From Thermoproteota archaeon (GTDB lineage Archaea > Thermoproteota > Thermoprotei > Thermofilales > B9-G17): DNA of 64,000 bases. A model generated the notes under the pieces. The model was not told the origin of the DNA and made no database searches. It worked only from the letters and a program-made list of their open reading frames with translations. The position numbers were made by a program, and so were the translations under genes. Position 1 is the first letter of the stretch. Each line of letters opens with the position of its first letter. Where the stretch lies: NCBI GenBank assembly GCA_029258885.1, contig JAPDJW010000002.1:582816-646815 (forward strand), read 5' to 3'. Of the stretch, positions 19,627 through 29,449 are shown piece by piece.

Positions 19627-19935
19627 TTAGCCTGGCGGTGGAGGAGGAGGCGGTGGCGGAGGCGGGGTCTCTTCTTTTTTGCCTCCACTTTTTAGCTCCT
19701 TAAGCTTTGCCTCCTTCTCCTTTAGCTCTTCCTCGATCTTTATCATTTCAGCGAATACCTCCCTTAGGTATGGATCTGCTGCGCCCTCGCTCTTAAACTT
19801 CTTATATATCTTGTAGCCAGCCTTCTTTGCCTCATCATCAAGCTTCCTACGGAGGTTTGTTATCTCAAGCTCCAGCTTAGCTATTTCGGACGTCCATTGG
19901 AGTCCGCCCTTAATTCTCTCCAGAATATCGGACAT
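19627..19935 (-). CDS. Small coiled-coil hairpin protein ending in 11 consecutive prolines
   Basis: Two heptad helices; tail KKEET-P11-G with mixed CCG/CCT/CCA codons; RBS GGTGA upstream. Confidence 0.75.
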   Translation of the reverse strand: MSDILERIKGGLQWTSEIAKLELEITNLRRKLDDEAKKAGYKIYKKFKSEGAADPYLREVFAEMIKIEEELKEKEAKLKELKSGGKKEETPPPPPPPPPPPG

Positions 19936-19968
19936 TTCTTCACCGTCTATATAATAGTTTAGGCGAAT

Positions 19969-21516
19969 TTATATGTTACTTTTCATAACCTTATCTAGAA
20001 GTTCTTTCATGTGTTCATTAACTATTCTCTTAAGCTTTATTTTTATTGGAATTTTTATTTTCAGTCTTTCCTCAAGGGCTTCAATAGTCTCTAGAACCGA
20101 TAGGCAGAAGTGTCGTTGAGTTAGTTCCTCCTGTATAGTTAGCTCCTCAAGTATAGTATTCCAGTTCAAGCGTGTTTTTAGAGTCTTAACTATTAACTCT
20201 ATATCAAGTATATCCCTGAATCTATCAGTAACAGACTTTAATAGGACTATATCCTCGTTTGACGCTAGATATAGGGTTAGCCTACCATATCTTCTAACGT
20301 CGGCCCGCCTTAACATGCTCTCGGTTAAAACGAGCTTACCTGCTATCCTATGGATATATAGGTCGATGCGGGGATATCCCTCCCTCTCAAATATCTCTAC
20401 GCTTTTTCCTCTCTCCCTCTTTATAACCTCAAATTCTACATATCCCTTGTAACCTATCCTTTTTAACGCCTCGGAAATTGCTTCGAATTCGCTTCTCGAC
20501 TGAACTACTAGATCTATATCTTTTGTTCCATCCTTCAAACGCCTTAAAACCATACATGCACCGCCAAAAAGATACGCTTTAACCTCCCTATCCAGCTTTC
20601 CTCCAAGTATCATAAAGAATTCTTCGGATAGCTTAGGATACCTTAATTTCTCGAGATCCACCGAATACATCCTGGCCTGCTCTTTAACCTCACTCCACGG
20701 GGGAAACAAGTCTCTCCTTTTCACATCCATGCCTCTAATGTACGCCTCAAGCTCCACCAGGTCTTCAAGTAGACTGTACTCCTCTGCAAGCTTCTGAAGC
20801 CTTCCATAATCGATTTTATCAATGTTTTTAGCATAGAATATCGCTATTAAGCCTCTTTCCTGAGGCGTCTCAGCCAAAATCCAAGCGTGGATAAGAGCCT
20901 CCTCAATTCCTATACTCATTGGCGGATAAACATAGTAGTCGTACGCTAAGCTAACCTCCACGCCCCATCTCCAGAAAACCGAGAAACCCGTCAGGGATCC
21001 CTCGGATTTCACGCCACGAGGAACCTTTCTAAAAATCTTTCCTGCAACAATTTTCCCCCGCCTAGCTCCAAGCCACTCTAAAAGCATTCGAAGCTTCGGA
21101 TCATCAACTAGATAGTAAAGCCCTCTATCATACTTAACGGCCATAGATAAGGTCAGCTTCCTCAGCAGCCTTAGGACATGCTTATAACTATAGCCTGTTG
21201 CTACGCTTATCTCCCTCGCCGACCTGGGCTTATCTAGAAGTAGCATTAAGACCTTAAAATAGCCCTTAGATAGAACAACTTCCAGATCGTACCTTCGATG
21301 GAGCTCGAGTATAAGATCCGCTAGAAAGCGGTCAATGAAATATCTGCCACGCTTCCCCCGCAGAATTAATCCTCTATCCTCCAGTTTCCTTAGTATACGA
21401 TATAACTGGCTATAGGATAGCCTAGTAGACTTTAAGAGGGCTTTAATATTTCCAGAACCTGCTCTAGTGATTTCCAGCAGAACCTTAACCTCACTCTTTG
21501 AGAACATCGCCATCAT
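19969..21516 (-). CDS. Fusion of tandem wHTH domains with a C-terminal AbiEii/DUF6036-like nucleotidyltransferase
   Basis: Two wHTH units (LSYSQLYRILRKLEDRGLI; YSYKHVLRLLRKL); NTase motif LFGGACM..R.LKDGTKDIDLV; helical end LLKSVTDRFRDILD. Confidence 0.75.
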   Translation of the reverse strand: MMAMFSKSEVKVLLEITRAGSGNIKALLKSTRLSYSQLYRILRKLEDRGLILRGKRGRYFIDRFLADLILELHRRYDLEVVLSKGYFKVLMLLLDKPRSAREISVATGYSYKHVLRLLRKLTLSMAVKYDRGLYYLVDDPKLRMLLEWLGARRGKIVAGKIFRKVPRGVKSEGSLTGFSVFWRWGVEVSLAYDYYVYPPMSIGIEEALIHAWILAETPQERGLIAIFYAKNIDKIDYGRLQKLAEEYSLLEDLVELEAYIRGMDVKRRDLFPPWSEVKEQARMYSVDLEKLRYPKLSEEFFMILGGKLDREVKAYLFGGACMVLRRLKDGTKDIDLVVQSRSEFEAISEALKRIGYKGYVEFEVIKRERGKSVEIFEREGYPRIDLYIHRIAGKLVLTESMLRRADVRRYGRLTLYLASNEDIVLLKSVTDRFRDILDIELIVKTLKTRLNWNTILEELTIQEELTQRHFCLSVLETIEALEERLKIKIPIKIKLKRIVNEHMKELLDKVMKSNI

Positions 21517-21614
21517 CTATGTCATTTAATGTTACCTAATGATACATAAAATGCAATAAACTTATAAACTTTTTTCAAAATAGATGCCGTAAAAACCTAT
21601 AAGATGACTGTTAA

Positions 21615-22285
21615 CTACTTTATCCTACCATCTATTAGCCTAAGGCTCCTGGAGGAGTACTCTGCAACCAATGGATCGTGTGTAACGACGATTACTGTTG
21701 TTCCATGTTCCCTGTTGATTCTCTTAATTAGGTCGAGTACTGCAACCTTGGATTTATAGTCTAGGTTACCGGTAGGCTCGTCACATACTAGAAGCTTAGG
21801 CTCGTTTATCAGTGCTCTAACTATCGCTATCCTCTGCCTCTCTCCACCGCTGAGTTGTGGAGGCCTATGTTTTTCCCTATGGGATAGGCCGAGCATATCC
21901 AATAGCTTGCGTGCCTTCCTCCTACCCTCCTTAACGCTAGCTCCACTTATTATCGCTGGTAGGCTACGTTATCGAGAGCTGTCAGTTCGGGTATAAGGTT
22001 GTGGAACTGAAATACTATCCCTATATTACGTAGCCTAAACCTTGCAAGCTTCTTTTCGGGCATTGACGTGATGTCTACGCCACATACCTCAACCCGACCG
22101 CTGGTAGGCTTGTCGAGGGTTGAAATTATGTTTAGAAGCGTCGTCTTACCGCTTCCCGATGGACCCATTACACAGAGGAATTCTCCATGCTCCACTTTTA
22201 GGCTGACGCCTTTAAGGGCCTTAACTTCTATCGGCCTATCAACGTATACCTTAGTCACGTTATCCAGTTTAACTATGCTACTCAA
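21615..22285 (-). pseudogene. LolD/MacB-type ABC ATPase split by a 1-nt deletion
   Basis: The 5' part carries Walker A GPSGSGKTT and the 3' part LSGGERQR and CDEPTG. The junction GTA GCC TAC CAG CGA TAA reads A-L-P-A-I-I-S-G if one C is restored (about 21960). Confidence 0.85.
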
Positions 22286-23416
22286 ACCTCATAACCTCCG
22301 CAGGTCTTATTCTAGAGGCTCTATAGGCTGAGTAGGAGCATGAGATGGAGGATATGGTTAGCGAGAACAAGAGTGCGGAGAAGAATATCCCTGTACTGAA
22401 TCTGAAGGGAACTTTAAGCGAAAAATACTCTACCGTAGCCTCCTTAAGGTAGCTGGCCGTAGCTAAGGCTAGGGTTGCTCCAGCTAAATACCCCAGTATA
22501 CCCCAGAGCACTGAAACTAGAAGATATATCAGGAAGACTTCCATCGAGGATGCTCCGATGGCCTTAAGTATGCCTATGCTCCTCTTCCTAGACTCCGTCA
22601 ACATTACCATGACGTTTACTATACCTAGACCTGTAATAACGAGTATCGAGCCTATAAGGGCATTCGAATAGAAGCTTTCAACCTCCAGAAGCTGTAGGAT
22701 ATTCTCCGCCAGCTCACTCCAGGGCTTAGCATCGTAGCCCATACTCCTTAAATCCTCTGCTAAACTATCAGATTTAAAGGGATCACGTAGCCTAACAGCC
22801 ACAACGAGGCTTTTGAGACCTGTAAGGTCCCTAAGCTTGGGTAGGCTAATGTATACGATGTATGAATCCAGCCCGGCTACGCCAGTATTAAAGATACCGG
22901 ATACCCTAAGCATCCATGGACGTCCACTAGGTAGGATTACCGTAACGTTTTCGCCAACATCGACTCTAAGTTCCTCCGCAAGCTTAACTCCAAGGATACA
23001 AGTATAGTTCTCAATAAGCCAGCCTCTCTCCACAATATATTCATCTATCCCGGACGCACTATGCTCCATCAAGTCATAGACCCCTATTAGCCTAACTCGT
23101 GCGAATATTCTTCGTGAACTGCTAGAGCTTCACATAGAATTCTAGGTGAATAGGCCTCAACGACGCTGTAGCCTTCCAGTACATCAGCTAAGCCTTCAAG
23201 TCGGCTCTCGTTAATCCTGACTTCGACGTGGGGTACTGCTAGCCCTAGGGAGCGGGATAACGTTACCTCCGTTAAACCATTAAGCATTGAATATGAAAGT
23301 AGATAGAGGAATGTAGCTCCCGTAACGGCGGCTATAATAACAACTGTCTGCTTCCTCCAACTCAAGAAGTACCTTGAGGCCATGAAGGCTATAAACCTGA
23401 AGTTAACATCCTCCAT
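22278..23416 (-). pseudogene. FtsX/LolC-E-type ABC permease split by a 1-nt deletion
   Basis: The junction TCG CAC GAG TTA GGC TAA reads S-A-R-V-R-L-I-G-V if one base is restored (about 23100). The C-terminal part has IGILKAIGAS and RASRIRPAEVMR. Confidence 0.82.
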
Positions 23417-23419
23417 GAT

Positions 23420-23983
23420 TCAGCACCTCATGAACCTAACGACCTCCCTAACGACCTCAGATATCTTTCCAGAATCCTTGAAGGCCTCTGGATGTATCAT
23501 GGCCTGAAACGATAGACCGTCGAGCATAGCCATAAAAAGCATAGCTTTCACTTCAGGCTCCCTAACGCCGTTACGTTTAAAGAACTCGGTGAGTAGGTCA
23601 AGGTATCTGCTATACAGTTTTCCTACGATATCCCCCCTACCCCTCCTCCTAAGCTCCTCATATATATTGGCTAGGAAGAGCATAGCCTTAAAATTACCCT
23701 TCAACGTGACACTAGTGCTAAGCCTAACGATCCTCCCAATCTTCTCCTCAAAGGATGCGTTGCTTTCAAGTATAGAGTTCAGGGGACGAGATACAATTAT
23801 ATCGAAGAACACCTTTAACACAGCCTCGGCTAAATCCGCCTTAGACTTAAAGTAGTGGAAGACAGCGCCCTTCGAAACACCAGCCTTAGACGCTACTTCC
23901 TCAACAGAAACCCTAGAATAAGGTCTTGATGAGAACAGCTTAAGGGCAGCCTCGATAATCTTCTTCTTAGTTTCGGAGATCAT
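23420..23983 (-). CDS. TetR/AcrR-family regulator
   Basis: Motif KIIEAALKLF...VSVEEVASKAGVSKGAVFHYFKSK. Confidence 0.93.
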   Translation of the reverse strand: MISETKKKIIEAALKLFSSRPYSRVSVEEVASKAGVSKGAVFHYFKSKADLAEAVLKVFFDIIVSRPLNSILESNASFEEKIGRIVRLSTSVTLKGNFKAMLFLANIYEELRRRGRGDIVGKLYSRYLDLLTEFFKRNGVREPEVKAMLFMAMLDGLSFQAMIHPEAFKDSGKISEVVREVVRFMRC

Positions 23984-23993
23984 ACAACATCAC

Positions 23994-24011
23994 ATACCGA
24001 CCAGTCGGTAT
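23994..24011. promoter_or_regulatory. TetR-type palindromic operator ATACCGAC-CA-GTCGGTAT
   Basis: Perfect 8-bp inverted repeat 11 nt upstream of the tetR start, between the TATA-like tract (about 24023-30) and the gene. Confidence 0.75.
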
Positions 24012-24299
24012 TATATTAATACATATAAAATATAAGCTTTATCCATCCTACGGTCTAAGCTTCTCCTAGTGTACTCCATAAAGAGTAGCCCTACCTCCCA
24101 GTCGGATAGGCATTTTACCTCTGGAAGCTTTATCAAAATTCTTTAAAGTATTCAGCCAGTATGTTTTCGAGTGCTCCTAGGGCAACTTGTTCAGCCATAA
24201 CCACCATAATATTTTTATAAAAAGGGTATATAGCTCTATCAAAGGTGCATTATGTAACACTTTTAAGCTAGATTACAGCTATTTACTATTGGTGATTTT

Positions 24300-25016
24300 A
24301 TGCCTGGATGGAAGAGGGTTTTAATAATTCTCCTTATACCCTTCGCCTTAAACTTGTCTATAAGCATGGTTATCTCGGCATATGCTGTCAGGCAGGCTAT
24401 TGAGCGCGATTTACCGCCAGAGGAGATAGGGTTTGAGGCTGCTAAGGCCCTCTTCACCTACAACTTCTACTGGTCTATCATACAGGTCACCCTAGGGCTC
24501 TACCTAGCAGGGAAAATGGGCGGTATGAAGTGGATTAAAGAGCAGTTTTCAAGCGAGGATTTCACTAAGTCGAAGCTCAACAGCATCCTAATAATTATTG
24601 GATTAATAGTGTTTTCCCAGCTCCTATTCATTATTGAATCCTATATTTCAGCGCTATCCTATGGGGGATACGATAAATATATTGAAATGTGGAATAGGCT
24701 GGTTAGTAGCCTCCCCCTCCTATCTAAAGTGTATTTAGTTGGGATAGCGCCCTTTACCGCTGGAATATTTGAGGAGATTATATGGAGAGGCTACGGCATT
24801 AATATGCTGGAGAAGGATTTTGACTCAAGGAAGGCAGTACTCCTGCAGGCTATAACCTTCGGACTATGGCATGTAACGCCATTGCATGTTGTCTTCACAT
24901 TTATCGTAGGGTTTGTATTCGGCTACATATATGTTAGGAGGAGGAAGCTCCTGGTAATATCGATAGCGCATATATTGACCGATATAGTGGGCTTTGGCAT
25001 GGCTTTTCTAAGATAA
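24300..25016 (+). CDS. CPBP (CAAX/Abi) intramembrane glutamic endopeptidase
   Basis: Motifs FEEIIWRGY, FGLWH and AHILTD. Confidence 0.88.
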   Translation: MPGWKRVLIILLIPFALNLSISMVISAYAVRQAIERDLPPEEIGFEAAKALFTYNFYWSIIQVTLGLYLAGKMGGMKWIKEQFSSEDFTKSKLNSILIIIGLIVFSQLLFIIESYISALSYGGYDKYIEMWNRLVSSLPLLSKVYLVGIAPFTAGIFEEIIWRGYGINMLEKDFDSRKAVLLQAITFGLWHVTPLHVVFTFIVGFVFGYIYVRRRKLLVISIAHILTDIVGFGMAFLR

Positions 25017-25048
25017 TACTTAAAATTTCCTTACTTTATTTATTACTC

Positions 25049-26320
25049 ATGTCTGAATTAATTGCGATACCAGAGGAAGTAATCAGCTATATCTACCTGA
25101 TACTATACGTATTTATAATAGGGCTAATCCTAACCGTAATATACAGTTTTATAGAGTGGTTCTCTAAGGATAGGGTTATAAAACTTATAGAGGGCAGGCG
25201 CGTTACAGTCTTTATAGGAAATGAGGCTATACACGGCAGGCTGGTGGCTCCATCTAAGAGCGGCGGAGCCTTCGAGATATTCTATGAACCCAATAAGATA
25301 GAAAATCCAGTATCCCTACTGGCCTTTCTAGTTGAAAACTATAAGGAGACTGGGGAGAAGAAGTTTATTAGGGAGGCTGAAACGCTAGTTAAGGACTTTA
25401 AATCGAGAGGGTTATTGCCGAGAAATTTCACCTTAAAGGATGTAGTGATTAATCCATGGTATCCTGCAAGCGTGGTTTCACGCAAGGTCTTCGCGGAGGA
25501 TCTAAACAACCTATACGCTATACTCATGTTCAGGCATATGATGACTGAGAGGGAGCTTAAGCACAAGTGGAGGGAGCTTAAAAACTTGTATCATCCATCA
25601 ATACACCATAGGATTAAGAGGAAGATCTATAACGCTGTATCATTCGCAAGGGATAAGCTAGCTTCAATGACCGCTGGAGTACCGCTGCCCTACCTGTCTC
25701 TACTGCCCTCAGACGTTCAGAAGGCTATTAAGGATGCCCAGAAACAGGCGATACTAATCATAGGCTCAAACTATAATCCACTGCTTGAAGACAGCATAGG
25801 TAGGCTCGTAACGGTTCAGGTTCAGGATATTGATGGCGAGATAAAGCTGTACCAGGGAGTACTCAAGGAGTATTCCTCAAAATACATAATGGTATATGAC
25901 GTCGACTACAGGATACAGATGATAACCGTATTTAAGGGCGATAAGGAGCTAGAAGGCTACCCGAAGCCAATATTCGAGCAACACGGCTTCATAATAGGAT
26001 CGGATAAACACCTAAAGATACTAGATACCGCCAGCTCAGGCAATGAATACAGGCTAACGCTAAGCAATATATCGAAGGAGCCAGTTAAGGTAGAAAAACT
26101 AGTGCTATCGGATAAAGAGGTACAGGTTAATAAAGTTCTCTTTCCAGGAGAGCAGGTGGAAGCATCCTTCAATATCGAAGGCAATGTTCCAAGTGAGCCT
26201 GAGGTAAAGGTGTACTACGAGATATGTAGGGAGGCGGACATAGTATGGCCCCTATCTAAGGCCAAAGTGATAGGCTCAGGAGATTATCCAGCAGAACTAC
26301 TCGAAGGAATACTCAGGTAG
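25049..26320 (+). CDS. Conserved hypothetical protein with an N-terminal TM anchor
   Basis: 423-aa ORF with one TM helix and two beta-barrel-like segments (VTVFIGNEAIHGRL; VTVQVQDIDGEIKLYQGVL). No catalytic motif recognised. Confidence 0.65.
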   Translation: MSELIAIPEEVISYIYLILYVFIIGLILTVIYSFIEWFSKDRVIKLIEGRRVTVFIGNEAIHGRLVAPSKSGGAFEIFYEPNKIENPVSLLAFLVENYKETGEKKFIREAETLVKDFKSRGLLPRNFTLKDVVINPWYPASVVSRKVFAEDLNNLYAILMFRHMMTERELKHKWRELKNLYHPSIHHRIKRKIYNAVSFARDKLASMTAGVPLPYLSLLPSDVQKAIKDAQKQAILIIGSNYNPLLEDSIGRLVTVQVQDIDGEIKLYQGVLKEYSSKYIMVYDVDYRIQMITVFKGDKELEGYPKPIFEQHGFIIGSDKHLKILDTASSGNEYRLTLSNISKEPVKVEKLVLSDKEVQVNKVLFPGEQVEASFNIEGNVPSEPEVKVYYEICREADIVWPLSKAKVIGSGDYPAELLEGILR

Positions 26321-26388
26321 AGTAGAGCCCGAATTAGATTTAACCACGCTAAATTTAATTTAATGCAATAGTTTCACTAAATTTGTTG

Positions 26389-26422
26389 TTATAATAATCA
26401 ATTTTATAGTTGATTATAATAA
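26389..26422. repeat. 13-bp inverted repeat with 1 mismatch and an 8-nt spacer
   Basis: TTATAATAATCAA-TTTTATAG-TTGATTATAATAA, located between convergent genes. Confidence 0.4.
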
Positions 26423-26620
26423 TTACGAGTCATTTTTGTTGATAGAGAGGATATATAGGCTTCTCAAATACAGGTCAGAGAGGCTAGACTTAAGGGGTGA
26501 AATCTACTACTGTATCGTAGGCAGAGATAGTGGATAAGGATGAGCTGAGGGGAGACATCGCAACTTGTTGTTGTATGACCTAGCGGATATGGAGTAGGCG
26601 GAGAACATTTAAACAAAGTT

Positions 26621-28306
26621 TTAAGTTAGATAAGATATCAGGACGAGCATTATGAATGATATTGCTATGAGCATTATCGAGGCGAAAAGGGAGGCCGGTA
26701 TCGCTAGGGATTCAACCATGTTTACAACCAGTGTTGATACGGTTATGTCGTTGCCCATAACTAGGAAGGTTGCCCCTGTTTCGCCCAGTGAGTGTGTAAA
26801 TGCCAGCATGCTTCCGGCTATAATCCCCCTCTTAATCATAGGCAACGTTATTGTTTCGGTTACATCATAGGGATTAGCCCCTAAAGTTCTCGCCGTATCC
26901 TCGTAGAACTCAACGTTATTTTCCCTATAGGATGCTAGGCTAGTTTCAACGATCACGGGCACAGAGAAAACTATGTGGGTTAATATTATAAGCCATATCG
27001 ACGGGCTTATCAGGTTTAAACCGTAGGGACCCCAGAGCAGTATCATCGATAAGCCTAGTGCGCTCGTCGGAACTACTAGGGGCACCTTAAGTAGTGCTCT
27101 AACGATGTTCCCATACTTTGACTTCACTATAAACATTACAAGGAATATTGCTAGATAGGCTGAGAGGAACGTGGATATAGAGGCTGAAATAAAGGATGTA
27201 ATCGTGGAGGATACTATAGCCTTAAAGTAGTTCGCTGGTCCAAAAAGCTGATAAAGTACGCTTCCCTTAACCCTACCAGTATAGGGCTCCCTCTCCCAGT
27301 AGGCTGCTGTGAAAGCTGCGAGAGTAGCTATAGGTAGGATTATAATTACAATAAGTGAGATTATCGATAGGGCATCCTTAGCAAGTGACAATCTACGTCC
27401 AACCCTACGTTCAAGCCTTATTAGTCTATCCTCGATGTTCTGGGGGATAAGTCTTAAACCTCTCGACTTCCACCCCCTACTGCTGAGCATATACTCTATA
27501 GGTAATATCAGGATTAACGCTATGGCTACTAATAGTGAACCTAGGAAGGCTGCTGGTGCAATCTTGTTCTCAAACTCCCACCTAACGATTGCTACTGATG
27601 CAGTTGTACTTACCCCTGCAACTATCATGGTGGCTCCAGTCTCACCCAGGGAGCGGGCGAACGCAAGCACGCCGCCGGAGAATATGCTTGAGGTTATAAG
27701 TGGAAACGTAATCTTCCTAAATGTTGTTAAAGGTTTTGCACCGAGCGAAGCTGAGACTATCTCGTACGCCTTCTGGACATCCATAAGCGCTGCAGATACG
27801 GTTTTAACGATATAGGGGAAGGTCAGCGATACGTGTACGATTAAAACTAGCAGAGGTATCTCAAACACGGGAACTACGGTATCTATCCTAACCTTTAGCC
27901 CTAGGAGGGCTGGCAGGCTCTCGCTTGCAGTCCACGTAATTAGTGTCGCGAATCCGAAGCCGGAGGTCGGTATTACCAGGGGTAGCGCTGTAAGCTGTTC
28001 GATAAACTTCTTACCTGGAAATTCCTTCCTAGCTATAAGGTATGCGAGAGGGACTCCTATGAGCATATCTATTGCTACGGTAACTAGAGCTAGCCTGAAG
28101 GATAGGGATAGATACCTCAGTATTTGAAGCCAGTAGTAGTTCCCTATGATGGGGTTAGCGAATATCTCCGTGTATACTTCGCCCCACCTGAGGAATACGA
28201 AGGAGAAGAGGTAGAAGGAAGGCAGAAACACGAATATAATCGACGCGACGACGATTATCGATTTAAGCAGGTACTCCAGCCTCCTAAGGCTCTTAAGGTA
28301 GCTCAT
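26621..28306 (-). CDS. ABC importer permease, two fused BPD_transp_1 domains (CysTW/ModB/FbpB-like)
   Basis: Two EAA-type loops (SASLGAKPLTTFRKITFP; ARTLGANPYDVTETITLP) and two SLGETGAT motifs. Confidence 0.9.
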   Translation of the reverse strand: MSYLKSLRRLEYLLKSIIVVASIIFVFLPSFYLFSFVFLRWGEVYTEIFANPIIGNYYWLQILRYLSLSFRLALVTVAIDMLIGVPLAYLIARKEFPGKKFIEQLTALPLVIPTSGFGFATLITWTASESLPALLGLKVRIDTVVPVFEIPLLVLIVHVSLTFPYIVKTVSAALMDVQKAYEIVSASLGAKPLTTFRKITFPLITSSIFSGGVLAFARSLGETGATMIVAGVSTTASVAIVRWEFENKIAPAAFLGSLLVAIALILILPIEYMLSSRGWKSRGLRLIPQNIEDRLIRLERRVGRRLSLAKDALSIISLIVIIILPIATLAAFTAAYWEREPYTGRVKGSVLYQLFGPANYFKAIVSSTITSFISASISTFLSAYLAIFLVMFIVKSKYGNIVRALLKVPLVVPTSALGLSMILLWGPYGLNLISPSIWLIILTHIVFSVPVIVETSLASYRENNVEFYEDTARTLGANPYDVTETITLPMIKRGIIAGSMLAFTHSLGETGATFLVMGNDITVSTLVVNMVESLAIPASLFASIMLIAISFIMLVLISYLT

Positions 28307-28315
28307 ACTACCACT

Positions 28316-29449
28316 CTATACTCCAGGATTCCTAACCTTCTCCCAGACCTTAAAGAGAGCCTCCAGAACCTCCCCACTAGGAGGCTTAAGAACCCTAACC
28401 TTAATCTCGTAGCTTACACCGTTATCCTCATTGAATATATCGCTTGATAGGGGAACCGCTGGATTAGCTGGCCTAAAGCCGTGCTTCTGAGCAAGCTCCT
28501 GAATCTCCGGCTGAAGTAGGAAGTAGAGGTACTGGGAGGCGGCGAATTTCTGCATTGACGTAACCCATTCTGCATCGAGGATGACGAATGGATGGTCGCT
28601 TAGCAGGGTGCCGAAGGTGGAGTATACGGCCTTTAGTCCATCACCCCACTTATTCCTAGCCTTCAAAGCGTTATCGATAACTATGTTCTCGTATACTCCG
28701 AAGAAGCTTATAGCATCGGGACCATTGTCTACAGCCCACTTACCGAAGAAGCCCGTGCTCTTACCGTAGGCGACAGCCTTAGACTCAATAGTCCTAACTA
28801 TCTCGATAACAGTCTCGTTCATTAAATCCTCCACTGTAAGCTGATCCGGCGTCTTACCCGCAGCTTCACAGAACTCCAGCAATACCGTCATTGTGCCGCC
28901 GTTGCTGAGCTGGGGGTCGGGATGACCCCACTTAAAGTCCACGTCACCTTCAGCGAGCCTATATAAGTCCATGAAGCAGGTGATGTTGTATTCATCTACC
29001 AGGCTCGACCATCCGGCTATAACTACCGGAGAGAGGACTAGAGGATACCATTCATTCGCTATCGTGTAGCCGTGTTCATCCATCCAGAGTTTATTAAGGT
29101 ATGGTATCCATATGCTTGAAGCCGGACTCCAGATGGTGGGTTTAACACTTCCGTGGATGATGAGGTTCACGGATTCATGGGTGCCAGCTGGGATAAGGTT
29201 TACCTTAATATCGACGCCGAATTTCTCCTTAAACCACTTCTCGAAAAGCGGCGTAACCTCCTCAATCCAGCTCTGTTTCTCACTTGAGTAAAGGAAGGTT
29301 ATCTCGATGCTCTTAACGACCTCGCCTCCACTACTTACGCTGGGCCTATACATGCTTGAAATAGCAGATGTTATAAGCATCCCCAGAATTATCCCCGTTA
29401 TAAGCAGGAGGTATCCTCTCCTCGGTAGCAACCTCATCGGCTTCACCAT
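28316..29449 (-). CDS. Membrane-anchored substrate-binding protein of the type usually fused to vWA (SBP_bac_11-like)
   Basis: Motifs YSSEK, WSPASS, SPVVIA, WGHPDP..SNGG, YGKSTG, YEN, SDHPF, GFRPA and NGV; ends at WEKVRNP with no vWA domain. Confidence 0.75.
   Translation of the reverse strand: MVKPMRLLPRRGYLLLITGIILGMLITSAISSMYRPSVSSGGEVVKSIEITFLYSSEKQSWIEEVTPLFEKWFKEKFGVDIKVNLIPAGTHESVNLIIHGSVKPTIWSPASSIWIPYLNKLWMDEHGYTIANEWYPLVLSPVVIAGWSSLVDEYNITCFMDLYRLAEGDVDFKWGHPDPQLSNGGTMTVLLEFCEAAGKTPDQLTVEDLMNETVIEIVRTIESKAVAYGKSTGFFGKWAVDNGPDAISFFGVYENIVIDNALKARNKWGDGLKAVYSTFGTLLSDHPFVILDAEWVTSMQKFAASQYLYFLLQPEIQELAQKHGFRPANPAVPLSSDIFNEDNGVSYEIKVRVLKPPSGEVLEALFKVWEKVRNPGV

Noticed and set aside
21950-23110. 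Programmed ribosomal frameshifting in the ABC exporter genes
   Set aside because: No slippery heptamer or downstream structure is evident at either junction; simple 1-nt deletions explain both.
24040-24210. Minus-strand mini-ORF MVVMAEQVALGALENILAEYFKEF*
   Set aside because: 24 codons followed by several stops; a possible remnant but no family could be assigned.
26450-26600. Small gene or ncRNA in the gap after the 25049 gene
   Set aside because: Short purine-rich frames are interrupted by stops and there are no RNA boxes; at most an unidentifiable remnant.
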